Shown: positions 13,801 to 24,955 of the stretch, one piece after another | Layout of the letters: every line of letters starts with the position of its first letter | Position numbering within the stretch: position 1 is the first letter of the stretch | Assembly (NCBI RefSeq): GCF_964355755.1 | Contig: NC_092673.1 | Span: forward strand, 17,791,648 to 17,855,647 | Length of the DNA stretch: 64,000 nt | Direction: 5' to 3' | Source: Antedon mediterranea | Lineage: Eukaryota > Animalia > Echinodermata | Position numbers and translations under genes: made by a program | Notes under the pieces: generated by a model | The model's input: only the letters and a program-made list of their open reading frames with translations | Databases searched by the model: none | Told to the model about the DNA's origin: nothing

Positions 13801-16800
13801 ATAAATAAGTATTTCACTTATAAAAATACAAAATAAGTGGTTAATTTTAAACAAAAACTACTGACAGAAAACTAATGTGCAAACATATTGCAGTTATTAT
13901 GTAAAAACGATTAGTTTTGACGTTAAATGTGCAAAAAGAATTCCTACAAATGTACAAAAAGAATTTCTACAAATGTGCAAAAAGAATTCCTACAAATGTG
14001 CAAATTATTTTCTCTTGACAACAGTTATAAACCATGTGTTGTTATGCGCACATCAAATTATTCAACACAGGGGATGTATAAAAAACACACTACCTATACC
14101 TAATTACTACAATCATGAGTGACTCTTGAATTAATTTATAATCATCATAATTCTTGAGATTTTTAGTACGTTTAGTATATTTAAAGATGTATTGTCGCAC
14201 TGAAAAAATAATTCTCACCACAATTTTTGTTGAATATGCCATTTTAATGTAACATAATAGTTATCCACTTTGACCAAAAATTGGACGGAAAAATGTATTT
14301 ACCTGAAAAAACTGTAATTGATTGAATTTAACCATTTATTAGGTTATATGCAATATCATGCATGTATATTGATTCTGTCAAAATCTTTATTTATTTATTC
14401 TTTCCTTAGCACTATTTCCTTAGTCAATTTTTCACAGTAAATTCCTTATGGCCAGGAATCGATGTGGTTATGTTTCACGATGGGCAATCAAAAATTTAAC
14501 GAAATCATGTTTGTTTCATATATCAAGCATGAATCACAATTAAACAAAATTTGGTATTTCAGGTCATATTTCATCATGTGGCAATACAATTACGTGCGTA
14601 GCGCATAATGCATGCGTACGCTCGCTTAACATTTTTTAAATAGTTTTTTTTAGTTAGAGTATGTTTCAGGCAACTTTAAGCGTTTAAAAAATTGCAATGA
14701 GTGCGTAGATTTTTTAACCGGCACTGCACGTTAAACGTTGATATGCACTCATTTTGCCCGATTTCTGTTTTACAACTTTTCTTTAATAATATCATCATGA
14801 TTCACTTTTCTAATTGAAATTGCGTTATACGAGCACGTCAAAAGTGACAGGCTATGCACATGTAAGTTAACAAAATAGTGAAAATATGCTAAATTTTAAA
14901 ATTATTATAGATCGTCAGAATGCTCGGGAACACCTATTTTTCATTTCATTTTCTTGAAGTGTATGTATCATATGTATGATTTACTATGAAATTAAGAGAA
15001 CAAAAGTTGATTAAGTCATCATCAATTGCATATTAAATTTTTTTTTTAAATTAATTTTGACAATCCAACAAATTATGACATTTTCTTAGGCCGAAATAAT
15101 AAACTTAACATTAACTTTCTTCCTTAAAATGTTCATATATGAAAAGTTAATAGTATATAGTTTGACATAGTTTTGTCATTGTTTATAATTTTTAAAGATG
15201 CCATCATAGTAACAAATTATAATTCATTGCAGTATGTAATAATCTATTTGCACCAAAGTGGTTTACTGCATAGTAAATACATGGAGGAATCTTTCTACAA
15301 CTGTAAGTCAGTTGTGTATGGCTCAGTGGTCTGTGCTCGTGTCTATGGCATTCAAGGTACCGAGATCGAGTCTCACCTTGGGAAACGAAACAAAATCAGA
15401 TTTTTTTTTAATATCCGTATTGTTTGTTCAATTTTATTTCTTATAGTGTATAGATTATACACATGATTTATAATGAAATCTCGATAAAAAGTAACTTATG
15501 TCTTTATTATTACTGTATGTAACAAATGTGGTTTATGACATTATACGCAGAGGGATCTTTGATCGGATTGTGATACCGGCTATTGTATTTGCGTTAGGTC
15601 CTATCATATATTATAAATAATTAAAGATTCTGGGAAAATCAATCAATCAATATATTATTTAAAAATTTAATATCTTTATTTAAATCAATGCATATAACCT
15701 ATAATTTGTCATAGTGACGAATTAAATCTACCGGTAGTAAATATTTGTAATTTTATAAGTGAAAACATAATTTTTTTTTTCTATGGAAGTGATTAACTTT
15801 ATTAAAACTACAAAATGATTCATATTCTGATTTAATTAATCTTCATTTTTCATGTTTTTGGAACATCATTAATAGAATTTAGGAGTTTATTTTAATAATT
15901 TTATAATTGAGCTTATTCCAAATAATTTAGTCCTTAAATAAATATAGATCTATTACTGGATGTAAATTTTGAGAAGGCCATACACATTTTCATGCAATTT
16001 CTAAGAGTTTTTGTCACTCTAAACTCTAAACTGAAATGTCATTTTAATTGAACATTATTTTGCAGAAAAAGCGTAAACATCATTGGTCCAATCTTCAGTT
16101 CATATTATCTTTCATCCAGACGGTTTATTCTCATAGTTGTAAGGAAGTGAAAAAAGACACTGAGAATGAAGTGAAAAAAGACACTGAGAATGAAGTTCAC
16201 AAACCAACTATCCTTATTGTAGGTACACATAAGGGTAAGCTTGGTTGTACTAAAAAAAAACAAAATGATGAGGTAATACTATTTCTGTTTATATATTAGG
16301 GAGTTTTCGCAGGAGCACGTAAACGTTAACTTTATTTCCCAACGTGCAACATGCAAGCTCCACTCCCTTTGTAAACAAATCGATCTGCGAGAGATCACTT
16401 ATTTTTATTAATTAGGCGGTAAAGTGCAGGGAAACAAGAATTTCTGTATATTTTCGTTCTGCAGAAAAACTCGCTGAGATTTTCACTGTTTCTAAGGACC
16501 CTTCCACATGTGTCTGCTCTACTTTTGGTTAATGCATTGAGCAAAATGTTGTCAATACCTTTGGCAAATTCAAGTAACAATGATTCCCGTCTAACTTTCA
16601 GATGAGGTAGACTAAGCAGTTCAAGTGCTTAGCCATACGATTCAAATTGCTGGCCAAGGATAATTCTGCAAGCACCTTTCTGTAATACTCTCTAATTCTT
16701 TAGTCTGTGCATCAGTTAATCCAAAATGCCAGACAGGACAAGCATATTCTAAAATAATTAAGAAAACAAAAATGGGAAATTTAAATTTATGTTTTAATTA

Positions 16801-19800
16801 AGCCAAACAATAAGAATTGTGCATCACAATATCCTATTTATCATATGCATGATTAAACAAGCCTAGCTAGGTGTAGTATCTAAGGCGCCAAGGTATTCCA
16901 TTATTTGTTTTAAAACGAGCAGAGTATGTTGTGTGCGCGACACATGCGTTTCGTTCTACACTTCCCGTCGAAATCAAAAAAGAGTATGTTGCGCAACTGT
17001 TGGCTGAACTACGCTGTTATGCAAATAGTAGAATGTTGACATCATCCGTTAAAGTTTACGTGCTCCTCTGAAAACTCCCTGTTATTAAAAATTGAGAATT
17101 AATACATTGTTGCTTTAAAAGCTACTGGTGTATGTATTCAATACTTTATTTTTTCAATTAAAATATTATTGTCCTTGCAATATATATAGACAAATTTGAA
17201 TTGTTTATTATAACCAGGTAAATAAGCTGTTTGATGAGATTGATAAGGCACTTGAAGACAAACCATATGAAGAACATGTACATCGACCATATTTTGCCAT
17301 CGAAAACAGCAATGCTGCAGATGAGAGCTTTATTGAACTCAAACAAGTTATTGATGACCTTATGACAAAACTAAAAAAGGATGTTCCTTTAAAGTGGATG
17401 CGTTTTCGATGTAATCTACATGATCTAAGGAAGCCTTTTCCTTTGTATCCTTTAAAAGAGGTAAATGTTGTTTCTTTATTGAATGCCACACTTATATAAG
17501 TTGGCTATGCAGATTTTTTTCATGTTTTGAGTTGCAAAAATGTGGTAATGTAATGAACCTATCACAACAATAATGCTTGCTATAGCTTTTGTACGATGTC
17601 TTTGTTGTGTAATGTTTCAAGAATTTTTCAAACATGCTCCTTTATGTTACACTATATTATACTACACTAATTTACAAAAAACTTTTTTAATGACATTTGG
17701 ATGTAAAAAATGAATAGAATTTCATAGTGGAATAATACATGACATTTGTTATTTCTTTAGATCAAAACACTGGCTTCTAAGAATGGCATTGTTGGCGAAA
17801 GGGAACAATCAATGGTGCTTAACTTCTTGTACGATATTGATGAAATTATTTACATGGCTGACAGGACATTATTAAGAGATCAAGTGGTGGTAAATCCAAA
17901 TAGCTTGGTTAACATTGTCACCCAATTTGTAACTGTGGTTCCACCAAAAGTAAGTAGGCTCATATCAAATTACAAACAAGTGCTCAATATCATTTCTTTT
18001 TCCTTTTGGAAAAACAGTATTTTCTAAATTTTAGAGGCAAGATAATTTTGAACAGTAATGGAACTACTGTATAGAACTATAGAATACCCATCTATGTTTC
18101 CTTTGGTAAAAATGATGTTTTCACACGTCAAATCAAATGACATCATGATTAGTAAAAGCAATAATATCGTGACAATACAATGATTTTATTGTTTTTATTT
18201 ATCATGACATCATTTGATTTGAATTTTAAAAATATTATTTTTATCAAAAACAGCATAATAATTATCTTATAGCTCTAGAACAAAAACCATTCTAATTTCT
18301 TTTGTTTTATGTAAAAAAATGCATACTTATCTATTTATCATCGATCGTGGTGGTATAATGTATAAGATTATATGTGATCCTTAAAACTTGTTATTGTGTC
18401 TATTTAAAGCAATGATGCGTTGTCATTCTCCTTCAGTTTCTGAATATTCTGTCACTGAACACACAATCACATTTGTGGCTAATTATTGGTGCTTTCTTTT
18501 AGCCGACCGAGTTTATAAAGGCTTATCGTAAGCTTGGCGAGGGCATACTAGAGGAAGTCTTGTTGCAAAAATTTTGTAAAGAGTGTAAAGTAGATGTATG
18601 CAATGTAGAGAATTTTGAGTTCCTTGTAGAACTGATGATTCAATTAGGTTTCATTTGTGAGAGGGAGACAACCAGCAGCCAAGATGTGGCAAGTACATCT
18701 ACAGTAGGTTTTGTTTCTTTTTATTGTTTATGTAAACCATTTTAAAGGGCCAACTGAGACAAGTTTACATTTTTATGCTCTTTACTTTGTATGGCATTTG
18801 ATGAAATAAATGTTTGTTGAACTTGTTGATAAATTAATAATTTCTAATGTGTGTAATATGATTTGTCTGTGATTTTACTGAATAGTTGATACACAATTTT
18901 AGCCTTGTTGATACACAATATTTCTACTAAAAGATATTTTTAACATATAAATTAACTGATCTTTGGTTCTTTTAAATGACATTACACAAATTTATCAATT
19001 TCAGGAATCAGATGTAAAGCGATCATTCTTTGTGCCACTACGCTTTGCTTTCAAGACAACACGTAAAGTGAAACCAAAACCTGATGATTCACAATCTATC
19101 AGTATCTATTACGACTTTGAGGGATATCTGCCAGACGTATTGTTTCCATATGTAGTTAATGAATTCCTTTCCAAATTTCAATCTGATGGATTTAAGACAG
19201 AACTATCGTGTAATTATGCAGAACTTTACCTCAACGAAATTCATCATGTGACTTTATCTCTTGTTAATTTTGAAACTAAGAAGAATGACTCATCTTTTGA
19301 GCAAAAGTTCTTGTTAAAGGTATTGTACAAACTCTAGTGAATATTTAATAAATATCACAAATATATTTTAATTTGATAGAAGTTAAATAAAAAGCAAAAC
19401 AATTTATATATTATTTATTTGCTTATAGTATATATTATTTATTTTATTAAGGTCTTTATGCCAATTTATTGTCAATTTCATAAATCTGTTAAATATCAAT
19501 TAAAGAATTTACTTTTCATACATATCAACTCAAATTCTAATATCAATTATTTTGGTTATTTTTTTACAGATGACTATTAAACAAAACAAGAAATGTGACC
19601 TATGTCCACAAGCATGTCAAAAGGTATGTTATGATTGTGTTTTTGAGATATTAAGAGTAGTGTTTATACATTTTACATCCATTTGTCTATTGCATACAAA
19701 AAGTGTTGTATATTAACACTTAATAGAGTATTAAAAATATGTAATTCTGTAAAAATAATCATCATTGAATAGTGGCTGGGGTTCAGGAATTGTTTAAAAA

Positions 19801-22800
19801 AAATGCTTGAGGTTATCTGGAGACAACTGTTGCTGATACACGGTATAGTATAGTCTCTAGATCACCTCATAGCAATAAAGTAGCAATGATTTGAAGAAAA
19901 TGTATAGCAGTAGCCTACCTTTTGCATATATTTTAATAAATTTATAAAAATGTTTCTTTTATTTAAAATACATATGTTATTTATTTAGTTTTAGTTTAGT
20001 TTTCATTTCTTTTTACAATTGTATTGTAAATAATTAAATTCAACATTTTTCAACGCTTCTGTTCAATAAAGTAGCTGTTATTTTATTTTGTTTTGTAAAT
20101 TGTCTGTTACAGATATCTCTAAATTTGTATTTAATTTATATCTTTAGGCTTTGTCAACGGTTGAGAAGACATTTGAACAATCTAAAGATGGCGGTAGAAG
20201 GGGGATTCCATTCAAGAGATGCATTCTATGTAGTTGTAGTGATAAGAAAAAGAAGCACATTCGAAAACTAGATACATCCAAGGACGAGTTACATTGCAAC
20301 ATAACTGGCAAGGATTTTTGGACTGATGTTACATGTTACAAGCAGCTATTTGGAGGTAAAGTAGTAACAGACTACAACTTACAAGTTTAATTATATTTCA
20401 TTTATTTCAACAATATAGTAACAATGCTATAGGCTGATGCAAAAATGTTGTTGTCTTCATCAATTTGGCAAATGTATTTCTCCTCCACTCCACACCAAAA
20501 AAAGACCTCAGTTAATAACTAGCACATGGTGGTGAAATCACTCACGGAATCACAGAATATACAATTGTCAATTTAAGCGTGTAACTAAATAACTGAATAA
20601 ACAGTGGTCGAGGTTCTTAAATAGTGGACATCCCGATCAATAATGAAATCTAAACATTGTTAGTCACATGATTACAGAACACACAGTTGGATGTAAATAA
20701 ATGAGCAAGCTTTTTGACTAAAACAGTTGTAATCCACAACCCTGTAAAATACTGTGTGTTGTCACAGCTCTCCAATATTGATACTATAAAACAGGATACA
20801 AAATAAAGAATAATAATGTACTGTGCTATGACAAACAAACGATTTTTGTCCTGTAATTGAATTATATATACACTTATTTCACCTTTTACAGAGATATCTC
20901 CTGTTACAGTTCCAGATCAAACATGTATTCAAGGTAATCACAAACTTGACTAGGTTTCTCTTTCTGTTCTAAATTAATGTAGCTAATGATTATTTATAAA
21001 TCAAAGAGCTGCATAGGCAGGGTAGATGGAAGAAAATCAAAATCAAACAAGTTAAAACTTCTTCAATATAAATTTATTAATATGACATGTTTCGGGGATA
21101 GCCCAACATCAGGTCATAATCATCACCTGATGATGGGCTATGCCCGAAACATATATTAAGGATCATATTTAGGTTTTTGTGTCTCCAGGACATAAATATG
21201 GGTGTTTGATTTTTTTTACCACATTTTGCAAAGCCATGTCCTGGTTGCCAAGAAATCAGAAAATTTAACCAATTTTAAGCTGTGAGAATTTACACTTTTT
21301 TTCAATATTAATTAGTTATAATGAATTTAAGGGAAATTAAAGTGTTATAAAACTCAAATCAATTGTTTTCTGTACTTTCCAGTGACTCTGAATTTAAATT
21401 CAGATTCAATTTGTACTCTCCAAGTAATGTCTTCTTTACTTATAAGACTCTTCCCCCACAAACACCTGAACGTTTAGTTTGTGTAACAGTTGATTTTGTA
21501 ATATTACTGTGGTTTATTGTATTACACACAACGTGAAATTGAGAAAGCCATTTTACATTCCATTGGTTGCTCTTATAATTATTATTATAGTGTTCTACTA
21601 TGTTATGTTATCTACATATATAAGAGTTATTTTCCTGGTGATTAGTGTATGTGTAGTTAATTGCACTAAACTTATAATATAGATAATAAAGAAAATATAA
21701 AATACAGATCATATATTGAACACTTTACTTTTCACAGATGTGCCAAGTAATTCTCCAGCTGATCCATTACTTGCATCAGGTGACCAAGCCAATGGTAAGA
21801 TCTATTTTTTGGCCATACATACATTTTGTATAAATTACAAAATTTAAATACAGTGTTTAATAAAGACAGCATAGCTTTTAAATGCTTGAAGGAGAATAGA
21901 ATTAAATAAATACATTAAACCATCATACACCATATTAAACAACTCCACTTCCAAAGACTTGTTTAAGACCTTTGACAATGATAGTAAATTAATTCACTCA
22001 TGCTTATTTTTGGCACTTCTTTTCCTTTAAAAAACTAGTTTTTAATAAACAGACTAACGTAGCTTTCAACACAGGCAATGTGTATTATTAAATTCTAGCA
22101 ATACTATCAGGTTTATCTGGTATCAACTTCTTTGAGAACAAATTTTAAATTGCTGATTATTTGCACTTGTTCAATCATGAAGCATGTGTGGTCTAATGGT
22201 TAAGATGCTTGTCCTGGTTTGTATTCATATCCAAGCATTTGAAAGACACAATTTTTTTTTTTTAAAGTGGAAATATTTTGTGTTTTAGTCAAGTCAATAA
22301 AACGAAAGTTTGTACAATACCATAAACACTAAAATGTACTTGTATACAGTATTTACAATGTTAAAAAGTATACAAATAATGAATGTTTATGAGTTGGATG
22401 GTGGAGAATATTTCATGAGTTGACAGAGGCTATATATTTGCTATATATTTAAGTCGGCGATCCACCATCAACAAATACAAACATTCATTATTTGTTTTAT
22501 AGCACACATACCTATTATTCCTAGTTTAAAAAGTAAAAAGACGATATGAAAAATTAACAGGCAATTGAAACTGATCAACTGTAGGCTAATTCTGTGTTTT
22601 TTCCACTTCTTGTATAATTAATTAAAATCATACAAATGATCTGAAGCTAATCTTTTTTGGGTCTAAATTAATACAAAATCAAAAACTGGTCTCTCTCTCA
22701 TGGCTTTGTTTTGCAAAAATTCTATGGACATCCATGTGTACTGCATGCAGTGGATATTTACATTAGAACAAATTTGAAAATGGACCAAACATGCATTGTC

Positions 22801-24955
22801 ATTGATTGAAAACAACACATTATTTACTTGAAATTTAATTTAATTCATTTATTTATTGTCTTTTCAGGTCAACTAGACAATCCAATGTAAGTAGTTTATG
22901 GGTTATCTAACTTTAATTTAACAACACTCACATTAACTCAGCAACACCAATTGTTATTGTTTTCGTTGCTGTTGATAGGTGTCAATTGGGGTCATACTAA
23001 TCTATGCCCTGTATCGCCCGGTAGGGTTTATATAAAATGTTATCAAGTACACAGTAACATTATATTTAATGTTATTGTGATATGGAATTGTACAGTTTAT
23101 ACATTTTTAATGTAAATAACTGTCAAAATTCGAAAAGAAAAGTACAACAATATTTTAGTTGATAAAAACTTGTGTCTGGAAAGAAAATATATTTAAATAT
23201 ATAAATAGTATAAGTTAAATTTACCATTAGAGAATGTTAATAACGTGTACTTGATATCATTTTACACCATAAAATTTGTGCCATCAAACTCTACTGGCCG
23301 TAGATTAGTATGACAAGTCAATTGACAACAAGAGAAGAATTTTTACCATGCTATTTTTTTTTTTACAGTTTTATTCTGAAAATGTTTCAAATACAGTAGT
23401 TATATTTGACCATTGATACAAAGTTATGACATACAGACATGTATAGCAAAATTAGTATTTACAATGATTATGTAAAATATTTATAGATAAGACAAACAAG
23501 AATGCATTGAGGTTTTTCTTGTAACATGCTCTCATGATTTTTGTATGGAGCATCATCAAATATAATACTCATCCTGTTAGCAAGAAGCCACAAAGTATGA
23601 TTTGAAAAACAAAGAATTTTAACTTTCATTACTGAATCAATACAATTTTAACATTTTGTTAATGAATGATCACTTGTTTATAAGTAATTGTATCAATTAG
23701 GTAATGTTAAACAACAAGAAACTATTGTAATATATTAATACTTGTGTTTCTGTTTTTCATTTCTAGTCTGAACCAAATGAGGTCTTTTTGGAAGTTTTTA
23801 AAAGGTATTTCTTTTTTTATTATTTTTCTATTTCTTGTTAGTTCAGATTCTAAAAAAAGTTTAGTTTGTTGTTACATTGTTTTTCTATTAGAAGATTGGA
23901 TGAAATTTGTAAGATTTTTTTCTTCCTTAAATAGTAATTACCTCCTCCAAGACGGTTATATTTTCACCCCTGTATGTTTGTGTGTGTGTGTGTGTGTCTG
24001 TGAACAGCCTGGAGGCCACAGTTTCATCCGAATCTGGCCAAATTTGGCCACAATGATCTATGCCCAATTTTGAGGGGAAAAAGTCATAGGCCAAGGTCAC
24101 AACTACTGGAACAAAAAACTATTTTACTGCCTAGAGACCACAGTTTTTATCCGATTCTCACCAAACTTAGCCACAATGATCAATGACTCATCATATAATT
24201 GTGGTTAAATTTTGAAGGGTCAGGGTCAAAGATCAAGGTCCACAAAAAAAAAAGAAATAAAAAAAAAAAAAAAAAAACCTCAGCGAGAATTAAACCAGCG
24301 ATCTTAACTGTGAGAGGCTAGATACATAACCATTACACCAAACTCTCATCCACAACTTTGTAGTGTGCAGTTAGCCTATTTACACTTAGAACTAATAACA
24401 AAAAATTTTTTTTAAATATATATATTTTCCACGGATATTTTATGTAGGGGAATTTTACAGTAGGCGGAGGTTTGTACTCTCGGAGTACCCTCTAGTTATA
24501 AATTGTATTTTAGCTAATATTATATATATCCCAGTAGGATGGTCCGGTAGAGTTTTATGGTATTAATATTGTATGTGTTTTTAAGCATCAAGGAAAACCA
24601 ATTTCATGTTCGCCTTGTTGTGTTCATGACAATAAAGATTTATCTTATCTTATCTTATCTTATTAGTTATAAATATTGATAATCTTATAAACTCAAGCAA
24701 AAGTATTTTTGTTCTACTTTGATTTCAGAACACTGGTGTATAGTCACTTCTGTAGTCACTGTATTCTTGTTTTGTCTACTTGTAATCACTGTAATCCTGC
24801 TGCTATGCTTTCCTGAAGCACAAGCAAGAATTGGCTTAGGTGCAACTTTTATGCTTGGTAGTGGTGTTCCATTAATCTGGTATATGCATAAAAAAATGAC
24901 TCGTGCTCAGCAGTCAGAAAACACAACGGCAGGCACACAGACAACAACAGTCTAA
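1747..24955 (+). CDS. Roco gene A (5'-truncated by window): tandem Roc-COR modules plus C-terminal 2TM; 26 visible exons
   Basis: Exons chain in frame: 1747-1836, 1984-2163, 2358-2609, 4696-4890, 5123-5317, 5535-5837, 6047-6115, 8012-8228, 10396-10564, 10693-10778, 11416-11483, 11661-11886, 12773-12900, 13576-13665 (AA acceptor), 16066-16272, 17218-17460, 17761-17949, 18503-18703, 19005-19319, 19570-19623, 20148-20355, 20892-20933, 21738-21794, 22868-22886, 23767-23804, 24729-24955; total 4068 nt ending in TAA. Roc motifs GQEGVGKT, TNGI, WDHGGQ, IVVFDLS, VGTHK; COR motifs IPLKW, LHFLYDLGEIVY, FFVP. Confidence 0.8.
1984..2163 (+). CDS. Gene A module 1 Roc exon with G4-like ILIVGTHKG
   Basis: tttcag acceptor, GT donor; paralogous to 16066-16272. 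Confidence 0.9.
2358..2609 (+). CDS. Gene A module 1 Roc end / COR start (FAIENS...IPLKW)
   Basis: cag acceptor, gtaagt donor; paralogous to 17218-17460. Confidence 0.9.
3747..4328 (+). mobile_element. Non-autonomous Helentron/HINE-type element, copy 1
   Basis: Sub-terminal inverted repeats cctccgcc/ggcggagg, (TG)n microsatellite, 3' hairpin gtactc-tcg-gagtac, ctagtt end; second copy at 23937-24497. Confidence 0.8.
4696..4890 (+). CDS. Gene A module 1 COR exon (LHFLYDLGEIVY...VLDP)
   Basis: COR-A motif; tttag acceptor, gtaagt donor. Confidence 0.9.
5123..5317 (+). CDS. Gene A module 1 COR exon (GILEEDLLRELW...LMIQLGFIC)
   Basis: COR motif, splice sites, paralog at 18503-18703. Confidence 0.9.
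5535..5837 (+). CDS. Gene A module 1 COR exon (FFVP...GYLPDVLFP)
   Basis: COR-A/COR-B motifs, splice sites, paralog at 19005-19319. Confidence 0.9.
6047..6115 (+). CDS. Gene A module 1 small COR exon (MTIKRTA...EACKK)
   Basis: tttcag acceptor, GT donor, phase 0-0; paralog at 19570-19623. Confidence 0.8.
6250..7789 (+). mobile_element. Non-autonomous Helitron
   Basis: A|TCTATATTATA start, (TGTC)n, 3' hairpin acccgccc-tg-gggcgggt followed by CTAG|T; internal duplications. Confidence 0.88.
8012..8228 (+). CDS. Gene A module 1 last COR exon (Cys-rich, RCILCDKC), phase-1 donor
   Basis: tttag acceptor, gtaaga donor; paralog at 20148-20355. Confidence 0.88.
8389..10116. mobile_element. Non-autonomous DNA transposon with 5-bp TSD (hAT5-like)
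   Basis: TIR ctggggcggatccaga / tctggatccgccccag, TSD agttg on both sides. Confidence 0.85.
9553..9731. mobile_element. Harbinger-like MITE nested in 8389-10116
   Basis: TIR agcgtggttcccactag / ctagtgggaaccaagct, TWA flanks. Confidence 0.7.
10396..10564 (+). CDS. Gene A module 2 Roc P-loop exon (LKVIGQEGVGKTCLVNAL)
   Basis: atcag acceptor, gtaagt donor, Walker A GxxxxGKT; not in the ORF track; same length (169 nt) as paralog 58663-58831. Confidence 0.92.
10693..10778 (+). CDS. Gene A module 2 Roc switch I exon (HSVTNGI)
   Basis: Phase 2-1 fit; Roc G2-like T-x-G-I. Confidence 0.82.
10799..10950. repeat. Interspersed hairpin-type repeat, related copy at 22371-22506
   Basis: Shared aaataatgaatgtttatgagttggatggtg...cattatttgttttata. 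Confidence 0.6.
11416..11483 (+). CDS. Gene A module 2 exon (GDPLKQFGKLVADKLRRAWLNRN)
   Basis: aacag acceptor, gtatgt donor, phase 1-0 fit. Confidence 0.78.
11661..11886 (+). CDS. Gene A module 2 Asp/Asn/His-rich insertion exon
   Basis: gtcag acceptor, gtttgt donor, open frame, phase 0-1 fit. Confidence 0.75.
12773..12900 (+). CDS. Gene A module 2 Roc switch II exon (FNIWDHGGQMMYHGIH)
   Basis: Matches the Roc WDxxGQxxYxxxH motif; tacag acceptor, gtaagt donor. Confidence 0.92.
13576..13665 (+). CDS. Gene A module 2 Roc exon (ALYIVVFDLS) with mutated acceptor (AA instead of AG)
   Basis: Paralog of 1747-1836 with intact frame and donor; acceptor reads ttctaa. Confidence 0.65.
16066..16272 (+). 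CDS. Gene A module 2 Roc G4 exon (ILIVGTHKG) with 24-bp internal duplication
   Basis: tgcag acceptor, gtaata donor; EVKKDTEN twice. Confidence 0.9.
16298..17080. mobile_element. Non-autonomous TIR element (Harbinger/ISL2EU-like termini)
   Basis: agggagttttcgcaggagcacgtaaac / gtttacgtgctcctctgaaaactccct; absent from the paralogous intron 2164-2357. Confidence 0.7.
17218..17460 (+). CDS. Gene A module 2 Roc end / COR start (FAIENS...VPLKW)
   Basis: accag acceptor, gtaaat donor; paralog of 2358-2609. Confidence 0.9.
17761..17949 (+). CDS. Gene A module 2 COR exon
   Basis: LNFLYDIDEIIY; tttag acceptor, gtaagt donor. Confidence 0.9.
18503..18703 (+). CDS. Gene A module 2 COR exon
   Basis: GILEEVLL...LMIQLGFIC; splice sites. 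Confidence 0.9.
19005..19319 (+). CDS. Gene A module 2 COR exon
   Basis: FFVP...GYLPDVLFP; splice sites. Confidence 0.9.
19570..19623 (+). CDS. Gene A module 2 small COR exon
   Basis: MTIKQNKKCDLCPQACQK; tacag acceptor, gtatgt donor. Confidence 0.8.
20148..20355 (+). CDS. Gene A module 2 last COR exon (Cys-rich)
   Basis: Paralog of 8012-8228; phase-1 donor. Confidence 0.88.
20892..20933 (+). CDS. Gene A linker micro-exon (EISPVTVPDQTCIQ)
   Basis: tacag acceptor, gtaatc donor, phase 1-1. Confidence 0.6.
21738..21794 (+). CDS. Gene A linker micro-exon (DVPSNSPADPLLASGDQAN)
   Basis: ttcacag acceptor, gtaaga donor, phase 1-1. Confidence 0.65.
22868..22886 (+). CDS. Gene A 19-nt micro-exon
   Basis: ttttcag acceptor, gtaagt donor; phase 1-2, compensated by the next exon. 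Confidence 0.55.
23767..23804 (+). CDS. Gene A 38-nt exon (LNQMRSFWKFLK)
   Basis: ttctag acceptor, gtattt donor; phase 2-1 restores frame. Confidence 0.55.
23937..24497 (+). mobile_element. Helentron/HINE-type element, copy 2
   Basis: Colinear and highly similar to 3747-4328. Confidence 0.8.
24729..24955 (+). CDS. Gene A terminal exon encoding two hydrophobic (TM-like) segments and stop
   Basis: tttcag acceptor, phase 1; WCIVTSVVTVFLFCLLVITVILLLCF and IGLGATFMLGSGVPLIWYM followed by HKK. Confidence 0.78.

Noticed and set aside
14181-15150. Kolobok-like left end (ttaa agatgtattgtc) and following repeat-like DNA
   Set aside because: No matching right terminus found; boundaries undefined
15310-15380. 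tRNA-like sequences (also about 4116-4188, 41505-41580, 53545-53633)
   Set aside because: A/B boxes present but no proper cloverleaf; SINE- or TE-derived rather than tRNA genes
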